This document shows positions 37,468 through 46,781 of a stretch of DNA of 64,000 nt, piece by piece (positions within the stretch are counted from its first letter, which is position 1; each line of letters opens with the position of its first letter). A program made the translations under genes and the position numbers. The notes under the pieces are model-generated. The model saw nothing but the letters and a program-made list of their open reading frames with translations, was not told the origin of the DNA and searched no databases. Source of the DNA: a virus; IMG/VR virus record IMGVR_UViG_3300005288_000001, positions 96,001-160,000 of that record; one strand, 5' to 3'.

Positions 37468-39299
37468 TATTTACTCGAAGTGAAGGTGTAACCATATCCA
37501 CCACGCAGGTCACCCAGAGAAGTCTTGTCGCTGATTACAGTAACATTCAGATGGTCCGGATCAATACGTGCGATCTGCGTAAGAGCTGATACAACGTCGT
37601 TAGAATCTGGATTGATCGAGAACGTCAAAGTGTTGTTCGGTGTAGATTCGATACGCAGGTTCTTGATGTCAAGAATACCCTTCGCGTAATCCACAGTACC
37701 AATCTTCGAATTAACAATGATACCTTTTGCTTCGTTGTTGTCGTAACAGACTTGGATGTTACCTTGGCCGTCGTCACGCATATAATACACTTGAGCGTCG
37801 TTTGGCAGATAGAACTCCGAACTAACAACCGCACCAGGGATGCTAATTTGCTCGATTGGGTTGATCAGGTTGATCAGGTACTGCGCCGAAACACCATACT
37901 TTGGTTCAACTGAACGACGAATAGTTACTCGTGTAATGTTGTTTGTCACTGATGGATCCGCGCCGTCGATAACCGACGTCAGCTTCGAGTAACGAAGAAC
38001 GCCGTTGAACTTCTGCAGATACGACGAATCATAGGCAGTAATGGCATCCTTGACAAGACCAGCAATGTCGTTTGTGTTCTTGGTAGTTGCAGACTCGTTG
38101 TAGTACACGGTAACGTCCAGACCAATGTCAATGTATTCCGGGTCAACCATAATTGGGCTGATCGAAACCATGTTTTTGGAACTTAGGATAGTGTTAACGA
38201 CGTAAGACTTCTGCGCGTCGTTCAGACGGTCAACGTTCTTTGGCTTAACACAAACAAAGACCTTGCCGTAGATTGGTGGCACGTTGTCTTCCCCACCCCA
38301 AACAGATACGAATTCAGTTTCAGGTAGTTGTGAAAGGATAAGCGATTGGTAATCTTCTGTCGTCACCGCACGGTTACGAGCTGAATAGAACTTAGGAGCG
38401 TTGAACTTGATGTTCGAAACGCTTTCTTGGTCCGAACCACCCGAAGCCGAAGTCAGAACAGTAACAACAGCCGTTCCGCCAGCAAGCGAAGAACCGCCAT
38501 AGGTGAAGCTTGTAGCTCCGTTAACTGCACCCTTGCTTGTTACGAAGTATTCAATGTGAACGATGTTTCCGTTGCTCAGCGCCTTACCAATCGAACCATC
38601 GCCAAAGACGATTTCATACATACCATCATCGATTTCCTTGAGGAAGTATGCGGTGGTATCTGGTTCAACGTCTGCAATAGACGAAGTCAGGTTGAAAGTC
38701 GTGTAGATGTTTGAGTTGGAACTTTCCTGGACCTTAACCGTGATAGTCGACGTGTCGCAATTCTGGTTAGGAATTAAGAAGCGAACACCATCGGCCACGG
38801 TATAATCATAGGATAGTGGTGCACCTTCGATCAGTTCTACACCAGAGAACAGATAATTGGTATTATCGTTGGTCGTACGAACAGCCGTGTATTCACGGTT
38901 CGTGAAGAACGTGTAGCTGGTTCCATCTACCGAAGTTGTGAATGGACTGTACTTTGAAAGCAAAATCGAGTCAGGCGACGAGGTAGGTGCCACGACTTGG
39001 ATGTTAACCGTTGCCTTTGCTGACGAAGCTGAACGTGGTGTGTATCCCAAAGTCTTGGCAAGCGATACAACACTGTTACGCTTGACAGCTGAATCCAGGA
39101 ACGATTCGTTGACGGCCAAGTTCGTGTAAAGAGCGTTGTAGTGCGTGTTGTATGCGAGAACGTCCAGCAGAACGGAAAGGCCAGAGCCTTCAAAGTCATA
39201 GTCCGAGAACAGCGACTGACCCTTCATGAAGGTCTTCAGCGACTCCTTAATCTTATCGAAGTCTAGCTCAGACGTTGTGATTTTATTATTGTTTGCCAT
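37467..39299 (-). CDS. gp6: Baseplate wedge subunit
   Basis: DYDFEGSGL..LLDVLAYNTHY, RAVTTEDY and WGGEDN.PP.YGKV motifs. Confidence 0.95.
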   Translation of the reverse strand: MANNNKITTSELDFDKIKESLKTFMKGQSLFSDYDFEGSGLSVLLDVLAYNTHYNALYTNLAVNESFLDSAVKRNSVVSLAKTLGYTPRSASSAKATVNIQVVAPTSSPDSILLSKYSPFTTSVDGTSYTFFTNREYTAVRTTNDNTNYLFSGVELIEGAPLSYDYTVADGVRFLIPNQNCDTSTITVKVQESSNSNIYTTFNLTSSIADVEPDTTAYFLKEIDDGMYEIVFGDGSIGKALSNGNIVHIEYFVTSKGAVNGATSFTYGGSSLAGGTAVVTVLTSASGGSDQESVSNIKFNAPKFYSARNRAVTTEDYQSLILSQLPETEFVSVWGGEDNVPPIYGKVFVCVKPKNVDRLNDAQKSYVVNTILSSKNMVSISPIMVDPEYIDIGLDVTVYYNESATTKNTNDIAGLVKDAITAYDSSYLQKFNGVLRYSKLTSVIDGADPSVTNNITRVTIRRSVEPKYGVSAQYLINLINPIEQISIPGAVVSSEFYLPNDAQVYYMRDDGQGNIQVCYDNNEAKGIIVNSKIGTVDYAKGILDIKNLRIESTPNNTLTFSINPDSNDVVSALTQIARIDPDHLNVTVISDKTSLGDLRGGYGYTFTSSK

Positions 39300-39685
39300 T
39301 AGCGTGTTCGTTCAAGAATCAGGTCAACTGAAAGTGGAAGTTCCGTATTCACGATACGGAAGAAGATAGTCACTGTAATTTCGTGGCTGTCATTTTGATA
39401 CAGCACATCTACCGAAATAAGAACTACTCGTGGTTCATAGTTATTTATCACATCCGTAATAGATTTCTTTAGACGAATGGATAAAGATGGACCTGTCAAT
39501 TCAAATAGCAGGTCAGGAACGTTCGTGCCAATTTCAGAATGGAATAGACGTTCGTAATAGCGAGTCATGACAAGGTGCTTGACCGCAGCCTTAATTGCCG
39601 ATGCGTCATACTTCAACGCGATATCCCCTGTTACAGGGTGGCGCGTGAAGTTCATATCGATGTCCGTATATGTACGAGTTGCCAT
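39299..39685 (-). CDS. gp25: Baseplate wedge / sheath initiator
   Basis: YTDID..F..HPVTGD, ERLF and YEPRV motifs. Confidence 0.93.
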   Translation of the reverse strand: MATRTYTDIDMNFTRHPVTGDIALKYDASAIKAAVKHLVMTRYYERLFHSEIGTNVPDLLFELTGPSLSIRLKKSITDVINNYEPRVVLISVDVLYQNDSHEITVTIFFRIVNTELPLSVDLILERTR

Positions 39686-42600
39686 TATGTGTCAAGCAGG
39701 ATGATACCCTGTCCGTAAGTTTTGTCGTTAAGCATCGTGAATGCTTGTTTCGCGGCACCGACGTAGCGGTGAGAGATGTGAATCCAAACAATACGCTTCG
39801 CACGTGAGTTACCTGGACGGCCTGGGTCACGATATTCCAGGATCAGTTGATGGAACGGCAGGGCTGCAGCCATAGCCTTCGCCAGATCGTAGTGAGCTTG
39901 ATAGTCAAAATTCTTACCAGACAAAACGATATCACAAGCATTTCCCTTAGGGTGATCCGATACCTTCGATTCGTTGGCGGTTAGACCAGCAAAGCGATAT
40001 CCGGACGTAATCACGAAGCCAGAGCGACCACCTGGAACTAACGAGATCAGTGGTTCCATAATGTTCTCTGCCAGACCCTTCAGGTTACACACAATTTCTT
40101 GCTTCGTGTACTTGCGTGGAGTTGCGCTACGGTTATCTTGCAGTAGTTGGTCCGCAAGAACATGCTTAGGATCGCAGATCAAGTTGCCCAGAGTGAACGA
40201 AGTGGATAGCTTCAGGCTCAATGGATAGTCGTTCATTGCCATGATCAGATCACAACTCTTTGGAGCAGCAACAGCAGTATTGACTGGTGCTGGAGATTGT
40301 TCCTCAGCAGGCGTATTTTCTGGAGTAGCCTTCTTACCAATGATTTCGCTGTCGCGCTTCTTGTGGTAAGCCGTTCCCTTGTCGGTTGCGATTTCTTCTG
40401 GCGTTTCAAACGACGAATCAATTTCAAAGTTACGTGGTGGCGTGGTCAGGTTCTGGAAGCGATTATTCGCTGGGTTACCAAAGCTAGGTGGCGATGCCGT
40501 TGGAAGCGAGTCAGCTGACTTGGCCTTCTCAACACTTGCCGCTCCTGCGATAGGTTGAATCGTTGGAATCGTTGGAACTTGCGCCGTAACCGTCGTGGCG
40601 ATACCTGAGTTCAGGTCGATACGAGCAGCATCAATTGCGTAGTTGCCTGTCGTCTTCAGGTAGAAATAGCCAGTAGACGAGATGTTAGTGTTGCCACTTG
40701 ACGAGATAATCGTGTCACCACTGGTAGCTCCCATGCTCATCGAGCCAGAAGACATAACCATGCTGCTCGAAATCATCGAGTCAACTCCGGCAATAACCTT
40801 TACGCTCGATGCAGCCGTGGTAGTCTTCGCTCCGGTAACAACCAAAGTTTGCGAACCACCAACTGAGATATTGTTTCCGCCACCGATCTTCAGATCATTC
40901 TTGCCGGTAACGTCGAACTTTTGAGCTCCACCAACCTTCACGGTGCTGTCGCTACCAATGTCCGCATCAGACTTACCACCAACCTTCAGCTTTGTATCGC
41001 CGTCAATATTGGTTTGGTTGTCCTTGGCAATCTTGTCAGTACGACCACCGCCAATGTTAATTGTTTGATCGTTCTTGACGATAAGCGTATCGAAGTCACC
41101 GACGTTGACCGTGCGATCCTTGCCGATAACCTTATGTTCCCAACCACCTACGTCGATCTTCCAGTTGCCACCGATGTTGAGGTTGAAGTCGCGAGCAACG
41201 TTCATATCCAGGTCTTGTTCCAGATCGATCTGAGTATGACCGGCCACACGAATGTGCGCGTCAGCGTTCACGTAGATGGAAGTGAAACCTTCGGAAGTAA
41301 TACTGTATGCGCCCTTGATGTAGACGTATCCGTTACGGTCGACGATCTCATAGCCGTCTCCAGTGATACGATTCACTTGAGTTCCATTAACATCCATTTC
41401 AATGAACGTTCCGGAACGATGCATAAGATTGACACGTTCATTATCCGGCGTATCATCCATTTCAAAGATGTGTCCCGACTCTGACGACTTCATACGATTG
41501 TATGGGTAGCGAGCGTTATATGGGATCGGTGGCTGGCTCCAGGTGCTTCCATCAGCAGTTGGAATTTCAGTCATACGCGTGTTGTCACGAGTCTGAACTG
41601 ACGTACCATCTGTGCGTCCACGAGCGAGACGATTGGTGTCTGGTTCGTTAAGGAATTCGCGAAGTGGATACTTCATGTTTGGGTCGCGGAAACCAAGCAG
41701 AAGACTAGCCTGACGGTCAGCTGGGAAGCCTGTGCTGGCAACAGCGACGTTTGGCGGCTGATCACCAACAACAGCTGTTTGCTCTTGCTTCTGCGGAATT
41801 TGCATCGCATCTGCGTCGGCAATCAGGAAGTACTGGTAATATGCCTTCTTCTTTTGCTTGATGTTAGGAACGTTGTAACCAACGGCCTGGCATGCTGCAT
41901 CGAAGTATCCTGGATCGTTCTGTGCGACCTTAACGCGATCCTTGAAATATGCTACAGCGACGTATGCGCCATGTTCAATATCATTCAGGAGTTCTGGACT
42001 ACCAACGATGTCAATGCCGGATAGCTTGGCATAACGATTGTAGTTGTATGCGCCGGTCAGCTGTACATAGCCGCGTCCGAAGTAATTCGCACCATCGTCA
42101 GCTCCCTTGTTACCAAGGTTCTTACCTGAACGAGTAGTTGGTCCATAGATGAAACGGAAGAAGTCTTCACGACTTCCCTTCCAGTTCGCATATTCATCTG
42201 CCTGTGCATCCGTGAGCCAGCTGAATACTTCCTTGATACGCGAGCGGGAATACTTGTATCCTTCGTTCTGCGGAACCCATTCAGATTCGCCACCGATAAT
42301 ACCAAGGATCGCTGCGCGCGCGTAGGACGCTGTAATGCCCATCTTGTCCATGGCACGGCCAATTGCTTGGATACCGTTGGCACAAGTTCCCTTGATAACC
42401 ACGTTCGATCCGGTACGCTTTCCGTAAGGCGCTGCACCAGGAATACCGCCGATAGGTGCGCTTGACGGAGTAGGTGGTGGCGATGCAACTGGAGTAACGG
42501 CCAGGGCTTCTTGGCTTGGCGGAATTGGTGTACCAATCATCGTAACGATTGGAATTTGAGCAGGTTTTGATGTGGTTGTGCTTTGTTCGTCGAACATCAA

Positions 42601-42912
42601 GTCCGGCATGTCAGCGTCGACAGTCATTTCCCCTTGAGGAATACCACCGATACTTCCGAACATGAATGGTTGTTGCTTATCATTGTCGCGGAAGAGAATA
42701 GCCAGCACAGTGCCTTCTACAGGACCTACTGGTGCGTCACCGATACCACTCATAGCTGCCGATTCAAGACCCTGAATAGGATAGGCCCATGGCAAATCCG
42801 AGGTTGGCAGAAGCGACTTATCATGTGTGTGAAGACCGTGGATGCGCACTTGGCAACGACCCAACTTAAGTGGGTCCATTCGGCTTTCAACTACACCTGT
42901 ATAAAATTCCAT
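39685..42912 (-). CDS. gp5: Baseplate central spike: OB-fold, GH19 hydrolase, beta-helix and C-terminal M15 peptidase
   Basis: GVVE.R.DPL.LGRC.VR; GES..E and YFGRGYVQLTG.YNY; SESGHIFEMDDTP; 8-aa beta-helix repeats; SGYR, SDH.KG.ACD and WIHIS. Start moved to ATG 42912 (TAATG coupling). Confidence 0.92.
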   Translation of the reverse strand: MEFYTGVVESRMDPLKLGRCQVRIHGLHTHDKSLLPTSDLPWAYPIQGLESAAMSGIGDAPVGPVEGTVLAILFRDNDKQQPFMFGSIGGIPQGEMTVDADMPDLMFDEQSTTTSKPAQIPIVTMIGTPIPPSQEALAVTPVASPPPTPSSAPIGGIPGAAPYGKRTGSNVVIKGTCANGIQAIGRAMDKMGITASYARAAILGIIGGESEWVPQNEGYKYSRSRIKEVFSWLTDAQADEYANWKGSREDFFRFIYGPTTRSGKNLGNKGADDGANYFGRGYVQLTGAYNYNRYAKLSGIDIVGSPELLNDIEHGAYVAVAYFKDRVKVAQNDPGYFDAACQAVGYNVPNIKQKKKAYYQYFLIADADAMQIPQKQEQTAVVGDQPPNVAVASTGFPADRQASLLLGFRDPNMKYPLREFLNEPDTNRLARGRTDGTSVQTRDNTRMTEIPTADGSTWSQPPIPYNARYPYNRMKSSESGHIFEMDDTPDNERVNLMHRSGTFIEMDVNGTQVNRITGDGYEIVDRNGYVYIKGAYSITSEGFTSIYVNADAHIRVAGHTQIDLEQDLDMNVARDFNLNIGGNWKIDVGGWEHKVIGKDRTVNVGDFDTLIVKNDQTINIGGGRTDKIAKDNQTNIDGDTKLKVGGKSDADIGSDSTVKVGGAQKFDVTGKNDLKIGGGNNISVGGSQTLVVTGAKTTTAASSVKVIAGVDSMISSSMVMSSGSMSMGATSGDTIISSSGNTNISSTGYFYLKTTGNYAIDAARIDLNSGIATTVTAQVPTIPTIQPIAGAASVEKAKSADSLPTASPPSFGNPANNRFQNLTTPPRNFEIDSSFETPEEIATDKGTAYHKKRDSEIIGKKATPENTPAEEQSPAPVNTAVAAPKSCDLIMAMNDYPLSLKLSTSFTLGNLICDPKHVLADQLLQDNRSATPRKYTKQEIVCNLKGLAENIMEPLISLVPGGRSGFVITSGYRFAGLTANESKVSDHPKGNACDIVLSGKNFDYQAHYDLAKAMAAALPFHQLILEYRDPGRPGNSRAKRIVWIHISHRYVGAAKQAFTMLNDKTYGQGIILLDT

Positions 42913-44162
42913 TACGTTCCTTTGAGAATCGAGTCTTTGATCAATTCCATATTGCAAATATGTTCCTTGTTGGTGATCTGATGGGATAGAGCCGAGATCA
43001 GATACATTCCAGACAGGATTGGGTCGACAACATCCTTGTGCGTGTCTTCAGCACGAACTGGTTTGTTGCGATAAATTTCTAGCTTGACGGTTCGACCGAC
43101 AGTGTAGTCCAAACGACCTGGCACTGTAATTTGAAGCTTCAGGGATTCAGCTTGCTTCAGGAGTGAGACGCGGCTTTGAATCGAATCAGAATTGGTAACG
43201 TCGGTATATCCGTTGAAGTTACCATAATACTTTGGCACAAACAGACGAAGAGCATCCGCACGATAATTTGAGCCACGCTGTATCAAAGCTGAATCGTTTA
43301 GGGTTTGGGTCGTCTTTGTTTTAGCGTCGAACACTCTGTATGTATATTTCTTAGTCGTGACGTCAAACGAGGTAAGAGTTGAGGCGTAGTAACCACCTTG
43401 CGCTCGGTCAAGATAGTTGAACAGCTCAGGAACATACATGTTCTGAATACGCTTGTAGTCCTGGTTGATATCGCGAACGGTGTTGCCGTCAGCCATAGTT
43501 GTACGAGTGTAATTGTCGTACACGAAACCAGCCACTGGAGGTACACCGTAAAGTGATTCAAGCGATGCAAAGACGTAACCTTCGCGATTTTCAAAGAAGA
43601 CATAGCTTGGTGTTCCGCGCTTGCTTTCTGCGTCTTCCATGATGTATGTTAGGTTTTGAACTGGCGACCAGAAGTTCGAGATGTACTTCTGTGTATTGCC
43701 TGTCTCTTCAATGTTCTTAGCCTTCTTCGAATTCAGTCCTTCCGAACCAAGAAGCTGTGCCGCGATGTCAGAGTTCTTACCGCTGAACACCTTGCTAATC
43801 TTCTTGTTGGCGTCGATGATTGCTTCTAGCGACATGAAGTGTAGAATATACGCTGAGCTTCCTTCGTTGAACTGGTCCTTGTTTGCCATCTTGTACAGGT
43901 AAAACTGTTCTTTGATCTTGGCGATTTTAGGAGTTTCGATTTCAATATTGACGCGTTCCTCACCAATCAATGGTAGGACGGAAGCAATATCTACGTTATC
44001 TAAGAGAGTGAAGTTACCAGTAATGAACGCCGAAAAGATGTCTTCGTAGATTTCAACGGAGACAACCTTGCTGGTGACATCCAGCACAACTCCCCTGGAG
44101 TTGATAATTTCAATCTTCTTAATGCTGACGTCGCCAGCCTTGGAAATAGTGTCTACGGTCAT
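42912..44162 (-). CDS. Baseplate hub protein (gp27-like)
   Basis: IYEDIF..FITG, LPLIGEE, FFEN..GY.F.S and SG.YLI..L.H motifs; between 53 and 5. Confidence 0.8.
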   Translation of the reverse strand: MTVDTISKAGDVSIKKIEIINSRGVVLDVTSKVVSVEIYEDIFSAFITGNFTLLDNVDIASVLPLIGEERVNIEIETPKIAKIKEQFYLYKMANKDQFNEGSSAYILHFMSLEAIIDANKKISKVFSGKNSDIAAQLLGSEGLNSKKAKNIEETGNTQKYISNFWSPVQNLTYIMEDAESKRGTPSYVFFENREGYVFASLESLYGVPPVAGFVYDNYTRTTMADGNTVRDINQDYKRIQNMYVPELFNYLDRAQGGYYASTLTSFDVTTKKYTYRVFDAKTKTTQTLNDSALIQRGSNYRADALRLFVPKYYGNFNGYTDVTNSDSIQSRVSLLKQAESLKLQITVPGRLDYTVGRTVKLEIYRNKPVRAEDTHKDVVDPILSGMYLISALSHQITNKEHICNMELIKDSILKGT

Positions 44163-44662
44163 ACAGCCATTAGTGCGTCAAAATTGCTCAGGAGTACTGG
44201 AATTAGTGACGGAGAGATTAGTTTGATTCGACGCTTTGCTTCGTTAATAGATTCTTCGTAGTCAAAATTCGAAACAGAAACAGCCGAAGGGTTGGTGCTA
44301 TTGACCACATATCCATTATCATCCACGTAGTGGTGGGTGTGATATTCGTTCCCTTCACCATATTTACGTGTAATATGTTGCATCAGGATTGGAGTTGATA
44401 GCGGGAAATCTGATACGTAATCGTACTTCTCGTTCAGGAGCATAACGACCCAATGCAGTTGAGCCGACCCATAAACCTTCTCAGCAATTAGTTGTGCGGT
44501 CTCACCATCGCGAATAATGTACTCTTCGTAGAGGGTGATATTGGCCAGAACGTCGCGGCGAACACGAACGTTGCGTGTAATGTCGCGCAGACGAACAAGA
44601 ATTTCCTGCCCGTCTGATCCATTGTATCCATGTAGGATAGTTGGGAAGTTGTCGAAATACAT
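44159..44662 (-). CDS. gp53: Baseplate wedge subunit (LysM-like)
   Basis: YFDNFP, IRDGET...IA..VYG...LHWVV.L.N and E..INE.KR.I motifs. Confidence 0.92.
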   Translation of the reverse strand: MYFDNFPTILHGYNGSDGQEILVRLRDITRNVRVRRDVLANITLYEEYIIRDGETAQLIAEKVYGSAQLHWVVMLLNEKYDYVSDFPLSTPILMQHITRKYGEGNEYHTHHYVDDNGYVVNSTNPSAVSVSNFDYEESINEAKRRIKLISPSLIPVLLSNFDALMAV

Positions 44663-45852
44663 TAGTATCCTTTGCGAATAGCTTCTTTGGTGAGCGTAGC
44701 CAGTTCCTTGAATTGGAGAATCAAGTTCACTTGGATTGGTGCGCCATCATTAGTTGATGCCCAAACACCTTGTGGTGTATAGTCCGTCAGCATGCTGACA
44801 AGAACTGAGGACGTCAGCTTAGGCAAGTGTGGGTTTTCGCTGTCCTTGTGATAGAAGCTAATGTCGAATTCCGATGGATTCACGTAGATGAACTTATTGC
44901 TTCCCAGATATTCTGGGTGCATGTGGTACTTGAATTCGTCAATGATGTTCTCGATCAAGATCATTTCTTCTTGATTACGTGGGAAGAACTGATAGGCCAT
45001 AACGAACGAACGGAAGTCAACACCGTTGAACAGCAGTTCCGTACGTGGGTTTGGAGCCACACCTGCCAGAGCCTGAAGGCCAGCAGCGTTTGGTGTTGAT
45101 AGAGCCAGGGCCGCACCAGCGGTGCCCAATCCTTCTCCGGCCGTTCCACCAGCACGGAAAGCGTTCTTCAAACGATCAACCGTTGGCGTGCCAGCGGCAG
45201 AGTCTTCAGCAATAGACTGTCCCATCGCCTTAACCGCATCGATGATCTTTCCACCACCTTCAGCACCGATAGCAAAGTTCTTGAGATCAGCTACTCCATA
45301 GATCATAGAATATTGGGTCTTAACATCGTTCGGCATATGGAGCATGATAGCCTTCTTGAGACGCTTGCGTCCCTTTTGGATACCAATACCAGATGCCGCC
45401 AGAAGGGCAACCGGAACCGTGGCCAGCGCGCCGGAGGCAGCACCACCAATGGCGGAACCAACGAAGTTACCACGAAGGAACGAACCGATAGCACCAAGAC
45501 CCGCGCCCGCGAACAAGTTTTGACCAAGCACACCAGCAACAGCTTGTGCTTCGCTTAGGTTCGATTCTTGAATGGAGCTGGTTACGCGCTTGTCATAATC
45601 CTTGACATAGTCGCCCGAACCAAGAGTATTGCCGCCAACATCCATTGGACGCGCAGCATCTGAGACGTTGATATAGAAAACAACGAAGTTTGATCCATAT
45701 CGCTCGTCGTTAGATAAAAGGTCTTGCGGATAGACCATTTCACTAACGTCATATTTGTTTGCGTCAAACGTGCCGTCGATGGTCCGATCGTTTGTCGAAC
45801 TGTCTACGTCAATTTTGTTATCGATTTTTCTTACGTCTGCTTGGAATGCCAT
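44662..45852 (-). CDS. gp48: Baseplate tail tube cap
   Basis: YP.DL, LHMP, NPRTELLF.GVDFR.F, F.PRN..E and L.FKE motifs. Confidence 0.88.
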   Translation of the reverse strand: MAFQADVRKIDNKIDVDSSTNDRTIDGTFDANKYDVSEMVYPQDLLSNDERYGSNFVVFYINVSDAARPMDVGGNTLGSGDYVKDYDKRVTSSIQESNLSEAQAVAGVLGQNLFAGAGLGAIGSFLRGNFVGSAIGGAASGALATVPVALLAASGIGIQKGRKRLKKAIMLHMPNDVKTQYSMIYGVADLKNFAIGAEGGGKIIDAVKAMGQSIAEDSAAGTPTVDRLKNAFRAGGTAGEGLGTAGAALALSTPNAAGLQALAGVAPNPRTELLFNGVDFRSFVMAYQFFPRNQEEMILIENIIDEFKYHMHPEYLGSNKFIYVNPSEFDISFYHKDSENPHLPKLTSSVLVSMLTDYTPQGVWASTNDGAPIQVNLILQFKELATLTKEAIRKGY

Positions 45853-45854
45853 TT

Positions 45855-45889
45855 GAAGCCCATAGTGTTTCTACACTATTTAGGGCTTC
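45855..45889 (-). promoter_or_regulatory. Late promoter CCTAAATA (45877-45884) inside an RBS-masking hairpin upstream of gene 48
   Basis: GAAGCCC-TAA-ATAGTGT-AGAA-ACACTAT-GGGCTTC-AA-ATG. Confidence 0.75.
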
Positions 45890-45890
45890 T

Positions 45891-46067
45891 TTAGGAATTC
45901 AAACCGAAGAGATAGAAGAGAAATGCGCAAACGAAAACGATGGTGATCAGGAAGACGAAGGGCTTGTGATAGGCGAACTTCACCACCAGATACATGGCGC
46001 CGAGGACACCAATGATAGAAAGTCCCAGAAGCAACCAGACGAGGGCTTCCCCTTGAAGTGCAGTCAT
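45891..46067 (-). CDS. Small two-TM membrane protein
   Basis: MTALQGEALVWLLLG...; ATGA-coupled to the upstream ORF. Confidence 0.7.
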   Translation of the reverse strand: MTALQGEALVWLLLGLSIIGVLGAMYLVVKFAYHKPFVFLITIVFVCAFLFYLFGLNS

Positions 46068-46225
46068 GCTCGTTTTCCGAAGTAGAATATCGCCGCAAAG
46101 TAGGCGTAGAAGAGGATGATCAACGATGATCCTGGGTTCTTCACGACCCACATAAACAGCAAATAGATTATGTAGATTCCAGCCAGGCTGCCGAAGACTG
46201 TAAAGAGAAACTCGTTAATATCCAT
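46064..46225 (-). CDS. Small two-TM membrane protein (53 aa)
   Basis: Manual translation MDINEFLFTVFGSLAGIYIIYLLFMWVVKNPGSSLIILFYAYFAAIFYFGKRA*; GGAGG SD. Confidence 0.7.
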   Translation of the reverse strand: MDINEFLFTVFGSLAGIYIIYLLFMWVVKNPGSSLIILFYAYFAAIFYFGKRA

Positions 46226-46289
46226 AAGCCCTCCACGGCTGGTTATAAACCTAGTTTGCGCCAGTTTTGAATAAAAGTAAAGCTAGAAC

Positions 46290-46297
46290 TATAAATA
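46290..46297 (+). promoter_or_regulatory. Late promoter TATAAATA for the plus-strand late operon
   Basis: TATAAATA-aaag-ATG. Confidence 0.85.
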
Positions 46298-46301
46298 AAA
46301 G

Positions 46302-46781
46302 ATGGCTAAGACTAGAACCAAAACTAAATACCACCAAGGATTATTCACTCCGACCAACCCAAAGAAATACTATGGCGAGTTGAAGGAAATTGTCTACCGT
46401 TCGTCTTGGGAATTACGAGCTATGAAATGGTTCGATGCAACTCCTGGAATTGTGAAATGGAACTCCGAAGGGTGCGTCATTCCCTATATGTGTCCAACCG
46501 ATGGCAAGATGCATCGTTACTTTATCGACTTCGCCGTGCAAAGCCAAAAACGCGATGGAACTATGCAGATTCTCCTGGTAGAAATAAAGCCCGCTTCCCA
46601 ACGAGTCCCGCCTAAATACTCAGGTAGACAGACTAAATCCTACAAGGCAGCATGCCTTACATACATGAAGAATGAAGCGAAATGGACTGCAGCGAAAGCA
46701 TATTGTGCTGAGCGTGGTTGGCATTTTGTTATCTTAGACGAATACGATCTAGGACTTAAACCGAGACCAATGAATGGCTGA
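46302..46781 (+). CDS. gp4: Head completion nuclease
   Basis: P.NPKKY.G, IVYRSSWE, HRYF.DF, VEIKP and N.AKW.AA motifs. Confidence 0.95.
   Translation: MAKTRTKTKYHQGLFTPTNPKKYYGELKEIVYRSSWELRAMKWFDATPGIVKWNSEGCVIPYMCPTDGKMHRYFIDFAVQSQKRDGTMQILLVEIKPASQRVPPKYSGRQTKSYKAACLTYMKNEAKWTAAKAYCAERGWHFVILDEYDLGLKPRPMNG

Noticed and set aside
42913-42957. Upstream starts given by the ORF track for gp5 (also gp8, gp33, endolysin, phoH, rnl2)
   Set aside because: Downstream ATGs fit stop/start coupling, SD position or family N-termini better.
2792-45558. Many 60-260 aa plus-strand ORFs across the structural region
   Set aside because: They lie opposite well-supported minus-strand genes and show no recognisable protein features.
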